A DNA stretch of 64,000 nt from Eledone cirrhosa (GCA_964016885.1 OZ024742.1:191642001-191706000); one strand, 5' to 3'; shown: positions 30,888-44,635, numbered from the stretch's first letter. The notes: generated by a model from the sequence alone, not told the origin. A program made the numbers and translations.

Positions 30888-31372
30888 TGTGTGTGTGTTT
30901 GGGTGTGTGTGTGTGTGTGTGTTTGGGTGTGTGTGTGGATTAAACTTAAAGTTTCTATTTATGTTAAGTAAGAAGACAGCTAGCTACTATGACATATTGA
31001 TTTTTATTGTGTAAAATGGAGCGGAGTGGTCCCTAAGTTCAAAGCAATTTAAAATCAATTATCGAGAACAAAGGTCCCTATCATATCAATTCATTGAAAA
31101 TAAAAAAACCTAACATAACACTCCCCTAACTTAAGATACTTGCATTAACTACTCAAGTTCACAAATACAATAAATACAAAGAACGAAATTCTAATAATTG
31201 TGGCTGCTGTCAGCAAAAAATAACCCTCCTCAGTATATTATCGTTTTGTCTTCCTGGTGTGGGAGACTGATCGATAAAATAAAGTACCAGTCACCCACTG
31301 GGGCGATTTAATTGACTACCCCACCCCTCAAACGAATTGCTGTCCTTGAGCCTCCATCAGAAATCATTATTA

Positions 31373-31562
31373 GTGGATTGGCAGTATCGGTAGAGGGTCG
31401 GACGCCATGCTTTCCAGCATAGTTACGTCCCTTTACGATCTGAGTTCAAATCCCGCCGAGGTTGACTTTGCCTTTCATCCTTACGGGGTCGATAAAATAA
31501 AGTATCAGTAATGTACTGGGTAATTTGCTGGCCTTGTGCCTAAAGTAGAAACAATTATTAAT
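31373..31562 (+). mobile_element. SINE family 1, full length (preceded by an older partial copy ~31245-31372)
   Basis: A box, B box, core, tail. Confidence 0.9.
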
Positions 31563-31602
31563 ATTATCATCATATATATTTCATTGAAAGTGTCATAAAT
31601 AT

Positions 31603-31786
31603 TGTTTCTACTTTTGGTACAAGTCCAGCAATTACTCCAGTGTATTACTGGTTCTTTATTTTATCGACCCCGTAAGTATGAAAAGTAAAATTAACCTCGG
31701 TGGGATTTGAACTTAGATTATAAAGGGCCGTAACTCTATGCTGCAAAGCATGGCGTCCGACCATCTACCGATACTGCTAATCCACG
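31603..31786 (-). mobile_element. SINE family 1, full length, with TSD
   Basis: Flanked by GTCATAAATAT at 31592-31602 and 31787-31797. Confidence 0.9.
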
Positions 31787-32241
31787 GTCATAAATATAAC
31801 ATAAAATAACCTGAAATCATTATTATTATTATCATCATATATATTTTCATTGTAAGTGCCATAAATATAACATACAATAATCTGATCAAAACATAGAAAC
31901 GTGTCTATTATCTACTCCTAGCTTGTTATTCTTCAGTATCCTTCTCATATGACATTTCAAAACGTACTTTTGATGACGTTGTCAAATAACAAAATCCGCT
32001 TATCTGTTAATTCTAAACCTTATTGAAAAATCTTATCCACTGCTGGTGAAAAATGATCCTTTCTCTCTTTTTATTTTTCTATTAATTTATATGTTTGTTT
32101 TTTTTATTACTACTTCACTATCGCATTTCATCTGTTGGATGTCTTTTATTTGATTTCACTGGTATATGTTTCTCGTGGTTATATTATTATTTTTCTAGAA
32201 TATTTTTACATTTATCTTTCAGAGACTTCCTATGCATATAA

Positions 32242-32343
<102 letters not shown>

Positions 32344-32794
32344 ACACACACATACACACATACACACACATATATGTATATATATATATATATATATATA
32401 CATATATGTAGATAAATCTACCAAAATGTACGGTAGTGTCCAATCCGTATGAAGAACTCAATGTAATCCGAATATCATGAAAAGAGAAGATGTATTCAAA
32501 CATTTTTTTTTCCGATGAAAAATACAGGAAAACAGAGTCAAGATAAATTAATAAAAATAATGAATAAAAACAAAGAAACAGTTCCTTATATTAAAAAATT
32601 CATCATTTTACGATCGTTTCTAGGATATATATGTTTGTGTTGGTATGTATATCATATAGATCTATGTAAAATTTTTACAAACTATCAGAGGGAATATATA
32701 TACCTACACATATATATGCTGTCTTCAGAAATAATGATATTTGTTTATTGAAAAAAAACAACAAAGATTTAATATAATAAGTCTGTTTGGGAAC

Positions 32795-32917
<123 letters not shown>

Positions 32918-32953
32918 ATATTAATAAAGAAACTATATTTATAAAACCATATT

Positions 32954-33019
32954 TATTTTATTATACATATTTCAAGGACAACCAAGGCAAATTATGGTGC
33001 GCTTTCATCAGATAAAATA
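32954..33019 (-). ncRNA. Minimal HHR motif in PLE pLTR fragment
   Basis: Minus strand TATTTTAT-CTGATGA-AAGCGCACCA...TGGTTGTCCTT-GAAA-TATGTA-TA-ATAAAATA; 8-bp perfect stem I. Confidence 0.7.
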
Positions 33020-33442
33020 TAGATTTGTTTTATAAATACATATTGACATACCCGGAAAAAAAGACAACCTTAACGGTTGGAGCTTCCTGGATAGTGGAGA
33101 TAGTACATTTATTGAGGGTGATTCAAAATTATGAGTGAGTATGCAAATGAGTGTCCGAAAGGTTGAAAAGATAACGGTTTATTTAAATTAAACTGTTGGA
33201 AGAAGATGATATGTAAGGGAGAGAGAAAAAAATAGAAAACAGAAAAAAAGACAAAAGAAAAAAAGAAAGGAGGAAGATAGAAGAGGAAAGAAAGAACGAT
33301 TATGTATATTGATATTGAAAATAGAGTTCATGAAGAGATAAATATAGACAGCGTAAGTATATCTAAAAGAGAGAATAAATGAGAATAACGTGGAAGATTA
33401 ATATTTATAATGCATGATTCATTACGTTTTGATTATAATACT

Positions 33443-33538
<96 letters not shown>

Positions 33539-33578
33539 TGTGTGTGTGTGCGTGCGTGTATATATATATATATATATA

Positions 33579-33609
<31 letters not shown>

Positions 33610-33633
33610 ATTATTATTATTATTATATATTAA

Positions 33634-33780
33634 TAGGGCGGTGGATTGACAGTATCTGTAGAGGGTCAGACGCCATGCTTTGCAGCATAGAGTTACGGCC
33701 CTTTCTGATCTGAGTTCAAAACCCGCCGAGGATAACTTTGCCTTTCATCCTTACGGGGTTGATAAAATAAAGTACCAGTG
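33634..33780 (+). mobile_element. SINE family 1, 3'-truncated at the transposon boundary
   Basis: Head and core present, tail missing. Confidence 0.85.
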
Positions 33781-33789
33781 ACAAAAAAA

Positions 33790-34964
33790 AAAAAATCGCT
33801 TAAATCATAATAGAAAAAAATGTATTCTTATAAAAATACCATAAACATAAAGCTAAATTATCAATTTAATAATTCCATTCAATAAAACCACCATAAGCAT
33901 CAATAACTGCTTCTACGTGGTGTCGAAATCGTTTACAAGCTCGGATTAAGTGATCCTTGTTCATATCGGATATGACTCGAACTATGGCAGCTTTCAAAGA
34001 ATCTTTGGTACTATGGGGGTGTTCATTGACATTTTTCTCACTGATGCTCCATACATAGTAGTCCAGTGGATTGAGATCTGGAGAATTGGGAGGCCAAATG
34101 TTGGGGGTGATGTGATCATACAAATTGTCGGCCATCCATTCTTGTGCCATTTGTTTGAGCCTTGTGTGATGGTGCAGAATTTTGTTGAAAGACATAAGGC
34201 CTTCCATTGCATACACTATTGACAACTTCATCCAGAACCTCCATATACGCAACAGCATTCACCCTAAGGCCTTGTGGAAAAAAGTGAGGAAGCATCATAT
34301 GCCCTTCATTGCTAACAACACCCAAAACTATGACACTTGTAGGACATGTTGGAATCTCAGAAGGGTCTGCCACCTATCATTTCTTCTGTTAGTTTTCTGG
34401 TCCTGGCCAAAGTTTTTCTCATCTGAGAACGACCAAATCACACCATCTTCGGGTGGATTTTTAAGTTTGTTCAAAATTCTTTTGGATCTGATTAAACAGT
34501 TTTCTTTTGTTTTATTTCTGACATGAATTGACCTAAGATTTATATCTGATGTTTTCATGCACAACATTTCTGATTGTTTTTTTCTGACACACCAACATTT
34601 TTTGCAATTGACCTCATTCATGGATTGACATCAATATTTTGCTTAACTTCCTGAATAAAATCAGGTGTCCTGATAGAATCAGACCGTTTGGAATGCTTTT
34701 TACGTTTTGATACAGGTAATACGCTTCCATCTTTCTCTAGCTCACACCGAATCTTGTGGACAAAAGATCTTGCAACTTTCAGGAAACGAAATTTCTAAAA
34801 CACCATGCTTAGCCTTAAAAACCACAATCACAGCATGCCGTTTCATTTCATTACTATGCATAGTTATTTTCATTGTTATTTTCTGAAACAGAAGTTCAAT
34901 AAAAAGGAATCAAATAGAATAATGACTAAAAATGCATGTGTCCTCAAATACCGTCCGCACGCTG
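33790..34964 (-). pseudogene. Tc1/mariner-superfamily (DD37D, maT-like) transposon, frameshifted transposase
   Basis: Motifs across three frames: WSFSDEKNF, VFQQ(N)SAPSH, WPPNSPDLNPLDYYVW, VIDAYGGFIE; spacing about 37 aa after frameshift repair; right end TA|CAGCGTGCGG; left TIR not found. Confidence 0.9.
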
Positions 34965-35006
34965 TATATATATATTTATATATATATGTGGAAAATAAAA
35001 AAAAAA

Positions 35007-35063
<57 letters not shown>

Positions 35064-35071
35064 GGTGTATA

Positions 35072-35377
35072 ATTCGTTTTTGAATTTGTTTTGCGAGATT
35101 TTTTATCTGAAAACGTGTGTTGAAACAGATATTGTTATATTTTGGGAGAGGTATTGTTGCCAATAAAAACACACAAAACCAAAACGGTGTAGAACAGAAC
35201 AGAAGAGAGACACACAAATTAAAAACCTAGTCACTGAGGAGGTCACAGTGTTGACTAAAGAGCTTTGACAATATATAAACAACCACCTGGTTATCGAACG
35301 AACGAACCAACCGTATATTTATCATAAATTCAAGTGATAACAACAGGTGCGTGTGTTTTTTATTGGCAACATGACTC
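35072..35377 (+). mobile_element. PLE mini-insert: inverted tail + sense pLTR with HHR remnant (35230-35269)
   Basis: 35072-35173 is the inverted terminal tail of the 56540-57617 family; followed by GTCA-CTGAGGA-GGTCAC..TGAC-TAAAG-AG-CTT-TGAC. Confidence 0.75.
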
Positions 35378-35593
35378 ATATATATATAAAACGCACTTTC
35401 TTACCACGTCTAATTTATATGGTCGTTAATTTATACATATTGACAACTCTGCCACTATTTGAACACAGGAATATACAAAAGACTTATTCACAGAAATTAC
35501 TTATATTTACGACCATTCACGCGCGTATTAAGCGGCATCGAACCTTTCGGCTCTCCTGCGTCCACAAATTCTATTATTAAGGATGTTACCAGT

Positions 35594-35808
35594 GCGGGTG
35601 ATTGGCAGTATCGGTAGAGGGTCGGACGCCATGCTTTGCAACATAAAGTTACGGCCCTTTATGATCTAAGTTCAAATCCCATCGAGGTTAACTTTGCCTT
35701 TCATCCTTACGGGGTCGATAAAATAAAGTACCAGTAACGTACTGGGGTGGATTTAGTCGACTTTTCCTCTCTCCCAAATTTGCTGGCCTTGTACCTATAT
35801 AAGAAACC
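35594..35808 (+). mobile_element. SINE family 1, long-tail variant
   Basis: Full head/core; probable TSD ATTATTAAGGA(T)GTT(G)ACC on both sides. Confidence 0.85.
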
Positions 35809-36530
35809 ATTATTAAGGAGTTGACCAATCATATGTAAAGAACGTATATGCGTGTGAGTATGAACCTAAGATTGTAGGTAGGTGTGTGTGTGTGTGTGAA
35901 AGAGAGAGAGGGGGGAAGAGAGGGGGGAGAGAAGCAGAGAGAGAGAGAGAATGAGAGAGTATACCTGGAGGCTATGTGTATTTCGGTTATTTAACTGAGT
36001 GTATTTTCTTAAAATAATGTGAGTATAATTCGTGAGTGCGTGTGTTTATGTTCATAAACACGAGATAGTTTGTATGCGCGTGTGAAACAGACAAAACAGA
36101 GAACGTGTGTGTGTTTGAGTAGGAAAATGTTTGTGCAAGAGAGAGTTTAAAAGATTAACATTGTGTGTGTGAGAGTGTATGAGAGTGCGAGATGAAGAAA
36201 GAGAAAAAGTGTGTCACTCTAAGAGAGGGACATTGTGTATGGTATGAGAGGTATCGTGTGAGTATGTGTGGATGTGTGTGTGTTTCTGCGTAAGTGTGTG
36301 TGTGTGTGAGCACATGTGTGTATGGGTGCGTTTTCCAATTTTAAATGATCGTCAATAGCAAGTCTCGAAAGGGCAGCGGTTGGGGTGGAATGTAAAATTT
36401 TCGAGAGACCATCCTTGTTTTCCTACAAACCTGACTGCTGTGTTCTTCCGAGTGAACTGGTGTTTTAGCGCACCCTATGCCTTTCAGGCAACGAATCTTA
36501 TCATTGCTCACATACACACACACGCACACA

Positions 36531-36629
<99 letters not shown>

Positions 36630-36679
36630 TGTGAGTGATTTTATATATGTATACATAAGTATATATAATATATATACAT

Positions 36680-36736
<57 letters not shown>

Positions 36737-36758
36737 GTATATATATGTGGGTGTATGA

Positions 36759-36822
<64 letters not shown>

Positions 36823-37545
36823 CTTTGTCGGTGTCAGTGTCTGTATGTGTATGTATAAGAGGAAGAGCTGGGAGGGGAACGTGTTTAGTAAATCAGTGAC
36901 GCTTTCATGTACGTAGTAAATCCTACTATTAATTAGTAGTGTTTTCTGTAGGAAGAACACAAAATCTGCAAGACTTCGTGACCTACATATGACAGTGTTT
37001 ACTGATTGCATTTCTTACTGTAGGATGGGACTCTATGGCCATTGTAAATTACGCCGCTCCATTGCAGTAATTTAAACATTATCTAATATAATGTCTATGA
37101 TAATTTTGTATGCTGAACGATTTTACTATTGTTACTCGAAGTAAAGAATGCTATCTATTTATATCCGATATATCCTCCGTTCTTTTCTCCAATAAGCATT
37201 CAGTTCGTGAATTAACGTGAAAGTACTTGGGTATTACACAGTTACGTGCAGGGCTGTATTTAATAGGTGTGCAAAGGCTGCAATTGCGGTGGGGGCTCTA
37301 ACAGGTACGACCGTAGCAATTTATTTGTGCCATCAGCTGAGCTTTTTAGTTTCACGATTGTTCGAATTTCTGAATTTAATACCTGTCTGAACAACTTTTC
37401 AATTCCAATTACTTGCATTAAGCTAACTTTGAAATGTAAAATTGGGGTGATTGCTGTGTATTCAATTTTTTTCTGTATGAGTGGCACTCTGAAAGCTGAA
37501 GTGCCCTGTGCCTCCCATGGTCTGAATCCAAACCTCTTTGCGTGA

Positions 37546-38141
37546 CTGGACCGGCAACCACTCGGTATAATCAGTTCTTGGACCGGCAACCACTCGGTAT
37601 AATCAGTTACTGGAATTCTATAAGAATCCAACTTTTATAATTTTCAACAAACAAGGTGAGTGCTAGGCTCTGACAGTATGACACAGAGATCTGTCAGCCT
37701 ATCTCCTTTTGTTTGTTGAAAAAAGAAGTAAGTGACATAGTCGGTACTTTAAAACAGTAGCGTAAGGTCTTCAAATTGTTTTTACTTAAGCATACAGTGT
37801 ATTGCCAAATATACTATATATACATTCATATATATATCGCTATTTCAGAGCACCAATTCTAATTTTCAATGTTTGCTGGACCGGCAACCGCTCTGTATAA
37901 TCAGTTCCTGATTATTACTGGAATTCTATAAGGATCCAACATTTATAATTTTCAACAAACAAGGGGAGTGCTAGGCTCTGACGAATAGTAACAGTATGAA
38001 ACAGAGATCTGTAAGCTTATCTCCCTTTGTTTGTTGAAAAAAGAAGTAAATGACATAGTCACTACTTTAAAACAATAGCGTAAGGTCTTCAAAATGTTTT
38101 TATTTAAGCATACAGCATATTGCCAAATATACTATATATAC

Positions 38142-38146
<5 letters not shown>
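37546..38146 (+). repeat. Diverged ~300-bp tandem duplication with internal hairpin
   Basis: 37546-37826 vs 37876-38146; each has TTTTCAACAAACAAGG...CCTTTGTTTGTTGAAAA inverted arms; first copy has a 32-bp internal tandem. Confidence 0.85.
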
Positions 38147-38207
<61 letters not shown>

Positions 38208-38292
38208 ATAATAGATTAAAGTTTAAGCAAAGAATCGTTGCTTTCATCCTTAACGGGAGTTTCAGAAGATCTCGTTAAGTGTGAAAGCAGCC
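38208..38292. mobile_element. Short fold-back insert in (TA)n
   Basis: TGCTTTCATCCTTAACGGGA / TCTCGTTAAGTGTGAAAGCA; family pieces also at 908-950, 15456-15519, 15791-15829, 24612-24668. Confidence 0.65.
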
Positions 38293-38379
38293 CTTTTTAT
38301 ATATATGTATATATATATTATCCTTATCGAGCCCTCTTCGGATTTTACTCTTCACATTTATTATTATTACTATATATAA

Positions 38380-38572
38380 GGGTGGTATTGGCAGTATCGG
38401 TGGAGGGTCGGACGCCATGCTTTCCAGCATAGTTACGTCCCTTTACGATCTGAGTTCAAATCCCGCCGAGGTTGACTTTACCTTTCATCCTTACGGGGTC
38501 GATAAAATAAAGTACCACTAATGCACTGGGTAATTGCTGGCCTTGTGCCTAATGTAGAAACAATTATTATTA
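38380..38572 (+). mobile_element. SINE family 1, near full length
   Basis: A box, B box, core, tail. Confidence 0.9.
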
Positions 38573-38595
38573 CTATATATATATATATATATAAA

Positions 38596-38634
<39 letters not shown>

Positions 38635-38635
<1 letters not shown>

Positions 38636-39150
38636 TGCATTTATCTTGCTTTATGTTTATACGAGTTATCACCAAGTCACAACCAGTGACCTCAAGAGAC
38701 AACAAGGTCCGCCATGTTCAAGAAAGAACACACATACTCACACATGCATCTTTAGTGTTTAGACTTGTGATGTACTTATATTGACAGGATCTTCCTTAGT
38801 ATATGGGCAGTTCCCATTAGTACTATCTTTTGTATTTCTCCTATACGCGGGTTTCCTGGGATTTGCGATAAGTAGTCGTTAGACCCCTTAGGTATCATTC
38901 CCAGAGCGCCTACAACCACTGGTATTGTTTTAGTTCTCAATTTCCACATTTTTCCAATTTCTATCTCCAGGTCCTTATACTTGCTCAATTTTTCAAATGT
39001 TTTTATAGATACATTCTTGTCTATTGGAACAGACATATCAATTAGCAGGCATACCCTCCTTTGAAAGTCCTTCAATATTATATCAGGTCTATTTGCATCT
39101 ATTTTTCGGTCTGTTTGGATGCTAAAGTTCCACAAGATTGAGATGTGATC

Positions 39151-39152
<2 letters not shown>
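38635..39152 (-). mobile_element. 5'-truncated R4/Dong-clade non-LTR retrotransposon (restriction-like endonuclease ORF 38776-39135 + 3'UTR)
   Basis: ORF has RPDII...LIDMSVP...EKLSKYKDL...IPVVVGALG (RLE PD-(D/E)xK signature); flanked by (TTA)n at 38597-38634 and 39153-39203, the known Dong-type target. Confidence 0.9.
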
Positions 39153-39203
<51 letters not shown>

Positions 39204-39313
39204 GTTAGCGCTAGCCGGATATATCTGGTCTTTAATGCAAAGAAATACCTAAGATGGTTAGTAGACCACTGATGATGGATCGTCCTGGCTTCTATTTCTA
39301 ATTCTTCATTTTA

Positions 39314-39363
<50 letters not shown>

Positions 39364-39524
39364 ATGTATGTATATGCACGGAATGTAAAATAAATGTTGT
39401 AACCCATTATTGTAAAGTTACTCTATACGTCACTCTTTTATCTCAAATACGGAACACAATTACTATCATCATCATCAACAAAACAATCTGACACAATGGT
39501 GGTGACGGTGGTAGCAGCAGCATC

Positions 39525-39537
39525 AGTAGTAGTAGTG

Positions 39538-39597
<60 letters not shown>
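39525..39597. repeat. (TAG)n microsatellite
   Basis: Directly visible. Confidence 0.95.
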
Positions 39598-40757
39598 ACG
39601 TTTGTTTGTTTTCTTCTTTATTTTAGATATTTGTTTGTCGTGTCTTTTATAATTTAATTTGATGTTTCGAAGTCACTGGGTGGGATGATGAGGCGAGGGT
39701 TCGTCGGAGTAGTTGATCATAACTGACAGATTAATTGAAATCTAGCACATAATTACCGGTAGCAATAATAATTATTCTGCCGAACAGATTTAAAGGGAAA
39801 TGGGTTTGATCATTATTACAAAGACGGCAAATTAGCAATTATTATAGGAAGGAAGAACTACTGCTATCTAGGGATAGTTTAATCACAGAATACCACAGCA
39901 TAATAGCCAGTAAATTAACAGAGGAAATATTTAAATATTTGTGTAATTAAGGTACTTTTGTTGTTAGTAAATCTTACCGGTCAATCCGTACTTTGAGGAA
40001 ATGATTAGATATTGTAAATATGTCTGTCGGTTAAGTTAAGGAGAGTTTGTTTAAAGGGTGGTTGGCGGGAATCGTGGTTTGATGTCATATAATTTGTTCG
40101 GGGTATTTGTACGTGAGGCGGGATGGTGATTTCCGGAAGGGTTTGGATTAGTTTAATGGATAATCGCAGGGTTTCGGTTCAGTCGGTTCGGATTTTTATT
40201 GTTAAGCGTGTAGTTTATTTTGGTGAGTGTATCTGTATAGATTCATAGGCTTTGAGGGTATAATCATGGTGATTTTACTGATTCTATGTGGGTGCAATGC
40301 CAATTATTTAATGGGGTAATGATCTCTACAGAGTAGCATAAATATCACGTAATTCGACAGCGGTAAACTGGTGACGTCTACCACCTCGTGCATGTAATTG
40401 ATGTAGGCAATGCCAGCAGAGACTTGGTATGGTTATGAAATGCCTGATGATTTTCACTCTGTTGTTGGTGGTATGCAACTACTAGATATGATTGACTTTA
40501 TTTTGGGATTGCCTTTGTTTGAGTTCGAATTCTCTGCATAAACGTTAAGAAAATTAACAGTCATAGTTCTAAATATATACGATGGGCTACCACAATTTCC
40601 GTCTCCAAAGTTACACGCTCAATGTATTGATTAATCCAGGACTATAAAGACATTTGCCCACGTCACTGCATTGCGAGTTAGCATCAAGGGCAACGTAGTT
40701 GCAAAGGGAAATTCTTTCACAAACACTCAGGGCATATGTGTAGCATTTTCGATACTT

Positions 40758-40947
40758 ATAATTGTTTCTACTTTTTTGGCACAAGGCCAGCAATTACCCA
40801 GTGTATTACTGGTACTTTAGTTTATCGACCCCATAAGGATGAAAAGCAAAGTTAACCTCGGCGGGATTTGAAATCAGAATGGCAAGGGCCGCAACTCTAT
40901 GCGTCAAAGCATGGCGCCCGACCCTCTACCGATACTGCCAATCCACC
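40758..40947 (-). mobile_element. SINE family 1, full length
   Basis: Reverse complement of consensus. Confidence 0.9.
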
Positions 40948-41046
40948 AATGCTTTACGTTTAACTTTATAGACTGCATTATACAGGGTACGGGTTTATTG
41001 GGAGTATGTTTATATATACATGTGCTTTTGTATATATCTATATCTA

Positions 41047-41093
<47 letters not shown>

Positions 41094-41097
41094 ATAT

Positions 41098-41140
<43 letters not shown>

Positions 41141-41142
<2 letters not shown>

Positions 41143-41347
41143 TTTTTTTATATTTTATAGAAGGAACTTCTACAGGACTAGTACTGTTTCATTCAGATGA
41201 AATCTTCAGGAAGCCTGAAGATTTCATCTGAATGAAACAGTACTAGTCCTGTAGAAGTTCCTTCTATGAAATATAAAAATTTTTTATTCTGCCATGTATT
41301 GAGTACCTTACTTACTGTGGTTATCCCCGACTCAACCCGGGACCTAC

Positions 41348-41348
<1 letters not shown>
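41141..41348. mobile_element. Fold-back insert: perfect 54-bp arms (41157-41210 / 41214-41267) each carrying an HHR core
   Basis: CTGAAGA-TTTCA-TC-TGAAT-GAAAC-AGTACTA-GTC-CTGTAG on both strands, 3-nt spacer; relative at 49067-49290. Confidence 0.85.
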
Positions 41349-41415
<67 letters not shown>

Positions 41416-41419
<4 letters not shown>

Positions 41420-42562
41420 ACATCCTAATGCTGAGGAGGATATTAGAGGGAGCTAGAGCAAAGTGCCTTCCTGCGGTCATGGTTTTGAATGACCTTAGGA
41501 AGGCCTTTGATTCTGTGGGCCGTCACTGCCTGATGAAGATCTTACAGGCTTATGGAATCCCCAAGAAGATAGTGAACCTGATATCACTGCTATACACCAA
41601 CACCAAAGCCCAAGTCATTACACCTGATGGGATCAATGAGTTCTTTGAGATACTGGCTGGAGTGCTCCGGGGAGATACATTGGCTCCCTACCTTTTTATC
41701 ATCGTCGTGGATTATTGTATGCGCCTTGCACTGGAGAAACACCAGGACTCTGGCTTTACTGTAGCACCGGCTCAGAGAAGGAGAGTTAAGATATCGCATG
41801 CTGAATTTGCCGACGACATAGTTTTGGTGACAAATACAGTGAAGGAGGCAGAGGATTTGATGCCGGAGGTTGAGACTGTGTCGATGAGTGTGGATCTGAG
41901 AATGAATGAGACTAAACAAAATATATGGTAGAGATTGTTGAGAAGCCAGAGGGGATCACTAATGTAGGCGGAAAGCCACTAGAATTGGATGAGGACTTCC
42001 TGTATTTGGGAACAAAGATTGGGAATACGGAAGATGATGTGGTTGAGAGGGAGAGCTAAGCCTGGGCGGCGTGCCACAGCTTGAGATCGGTGTGGAAGTC
42101 GGACATTCGTGAAGACCTGAAGATCCGCCTCTTCATTACTGTAGTGGAGTCTGTGCTGCTGTACGGGTCTGAGACTTGCACTCTGACCAAGGGACTCACT
42201 CAGATGGTGGATGGGTACTACATGAGAATACTGAGGATGGCTCTGAACATTAATCATAAACACTGAGGATGAAAAACTCAGAGCTGTATGGGGGCCTCCC
42301 AAAAGTCAGCTCAAAAGTGACACAGAGGAGATTGAGGTTAGCTGGACATGCTCACCGACATCCAGAGTTGACATTGCACTCAGTGCTCTTGTGGGAGCCC
42401 CTACATGGACACACTGGCAGAGGAAGACCAAGGTTAACGTATGTTGATGCCCTAAGGACAGTCACTGGTCTATTGGAGACGCAGGACATGGCAGCGATAA
42501 TGAGGGATAGAAACCGCTGGAGAGAACTCGTCCATGGATCTCGGGAATTTTACCCGCCCTAG
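41416..42562 (+). mobile_element. 5'-truncated RTE-clade LINE, frameshifted reverse transcriptase
   Basis: DLRKAFDSV, GVLRGDTLAPYLF, FADDIVL, FLYLG, ESVLLYGSETCTL, RRLRLAGH, GRGRPRLTYVD, DRNRWR; followed by (ATATA)n-like tail; begins at a (TA)n tract. Confidence 0.92.
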
Positions 42563-43277
42563 AATACAATATATATATATATAATATAATATAATATATT
42601 ATAATATAATATAATATAATACAATTATAAATGATATAGAGAGTATAGACCATCTAAGACCTAGGATTATGTATTTTAATTTTTCAAATTATTTGTTCTG
42701 TATAATTGTACTAAATACTATTTTGTTTCTCAATTGATATATCCAGTTATATGCCGTTATATATTCTGTTATATACCGTTTATATTTTTATTATAGATGT
42801 TCGGAAGTTTATTGAGCTTTGTACTGAAAAACATTATAGATATACATTTCATATGTATTGATTAAACCAACAATTAGCTTATTTCTACTCCTAATTTGTT
42901 TCAAATGAATCCGATAGGACTTTCTAGCACTTTTCTAGTCCTTTTTCATCTGCCCTTTTTCATCTGCCCTTCTGTTAAAATGTATTTTTACACCATGTGG
43001 AGAATATTTCAAAAATACTTGCGTTTGTAGATGGCTAGTATTTTAATGCAGTTTGAGATGTATATATTCAATCATATCTTATTTTGTTTGACCCGGTTAG
43101 CTTGTTCGCTTTTTTGGCTCCGGTGGTTAATGGCTTCTTAACCATCGTCTCAGTTTGTATGACCTTTTTAACTTATGTTTATACCTCTGGTATCTTCATA
43201 TCCATGGAGCGCCTGTCTACACAATACGGAAGTTGCGTTTCGATAATTTCTACCCGCTGAAATGCGATTCTCGCTGA

Positions 43278-43325
<48 letters not shown>

Positions 43326-43843
43326 CAATGACCTAATCACATAATTATTTTGACCATGGTCATGAGATGTTTACGAAAATTGATAATTGTGAATCGATAC
43401 TAATTACTGTGATCGAAGTTTTCCAGAAACAGATCTTACTATGAAAATGTAGACCATTTTAACAATTAGAAGTATTTATTTGAATTTAGATATTTGTTCT
43501 ATATATATGTACGATATATTAGTTTTTTCTCAGCGGATATATCCTGTTGTATATCGTTTAATCTTATATGGTTAAGGCTCTGGTTTTTTAAGCTTTGTAG
43601 CGAGAAAAGGTATCTATATACATTTCATATGTATTGATTAAACATAAAATTAGTTTATATATAAATATATATGTATATAGGGTGGGGTATAAAAAAGAGG
43701 GTATGATAGGAAACCAGGTGGACCATGACGCAACAGAATACTCGATACTTCGAGTGGTAGTAGTGTGAGTAATATGAAAAGATCTGAATGGATCTAGCTG
43801 TCGAGACGGCCTTTCCCCAGCCGTCGGGGTCCTGAATCTTTTC

Positions 43844-43876
<33 letters not shown>

Positions 43877-43999
43877 TATATAAAAGAGAGATATATATAT
43901 AAAGAGTATATATATATATATATAAAGAGAGAGAGAGAAGGAGAGATAGAGAGAGAGAGAAAGAGTGAGAGAGAGAGAGATAGAGAGAGAGATAGAGAG

Positions 44000-44038
<39 letters not shown>

Positions 44039-44182
44039 GAAGAAGGAAATAGCACGAAAATATATTTTAGGGACTGTTTTTCTTTTGTTCCCTTTCTTTG
44101 ATACGTTAAAGTGACATTATGGAAAAAATGAGAGGGACAAGTCTTTTAAAAAAAAGTTTTACAATGTATATAAAGTTTTTAA

Positions 44183-44229
44183 AGTATTACCGGTTTCGAT
44201 GTATTATTAACTATCATCTTATCAAATGT
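44183..44229 (-). ncRNA. HHR-like motif, U3-A8 variant
   Basis: Minus strand ACAT-TTGATAA-GATG-(13 nt)-CATC-GAAAC-CG-GTA-ATAC; stem II intact, stem I weak. Confidence 0.5.
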
Positions 44230-44339
44230 TGAGTATTACAATTAAAAATAATTAATAAGAATTAAAAATTAAAAGTTGAAGATTTAAAATTAAGAGGTAA
44301 CTTTATTTTCATCTTCCTTGCTGAGAAGGAGACTGGAGA

Positions 44340-44383
<44 letters not shown>

Positions 44384-44464
44384 CTGTATGTGTGTGTATG
44401 TGTGTGTATGTGTGTGTATGTATATATATATATATACATATAAATATATGTATGTATATATATT

Positions 44465-44501
<37 letters not shown>

Positions 44502-44600
44502 CTGTAAATATATATATATATATAAATATACATATATATATATACATACATATATATTAATGTATATATGTATGTATATATATATGTATAAATATATATG

Positions 44601-44635
<35 letters not shown>

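Noticed and set aside
39600-40560. Possible old LINE remnant ending in the (TAC)n tract on the minus strand
   Set aside because: Strand-biased composition is suggestive but no diagnostic motif recovered.
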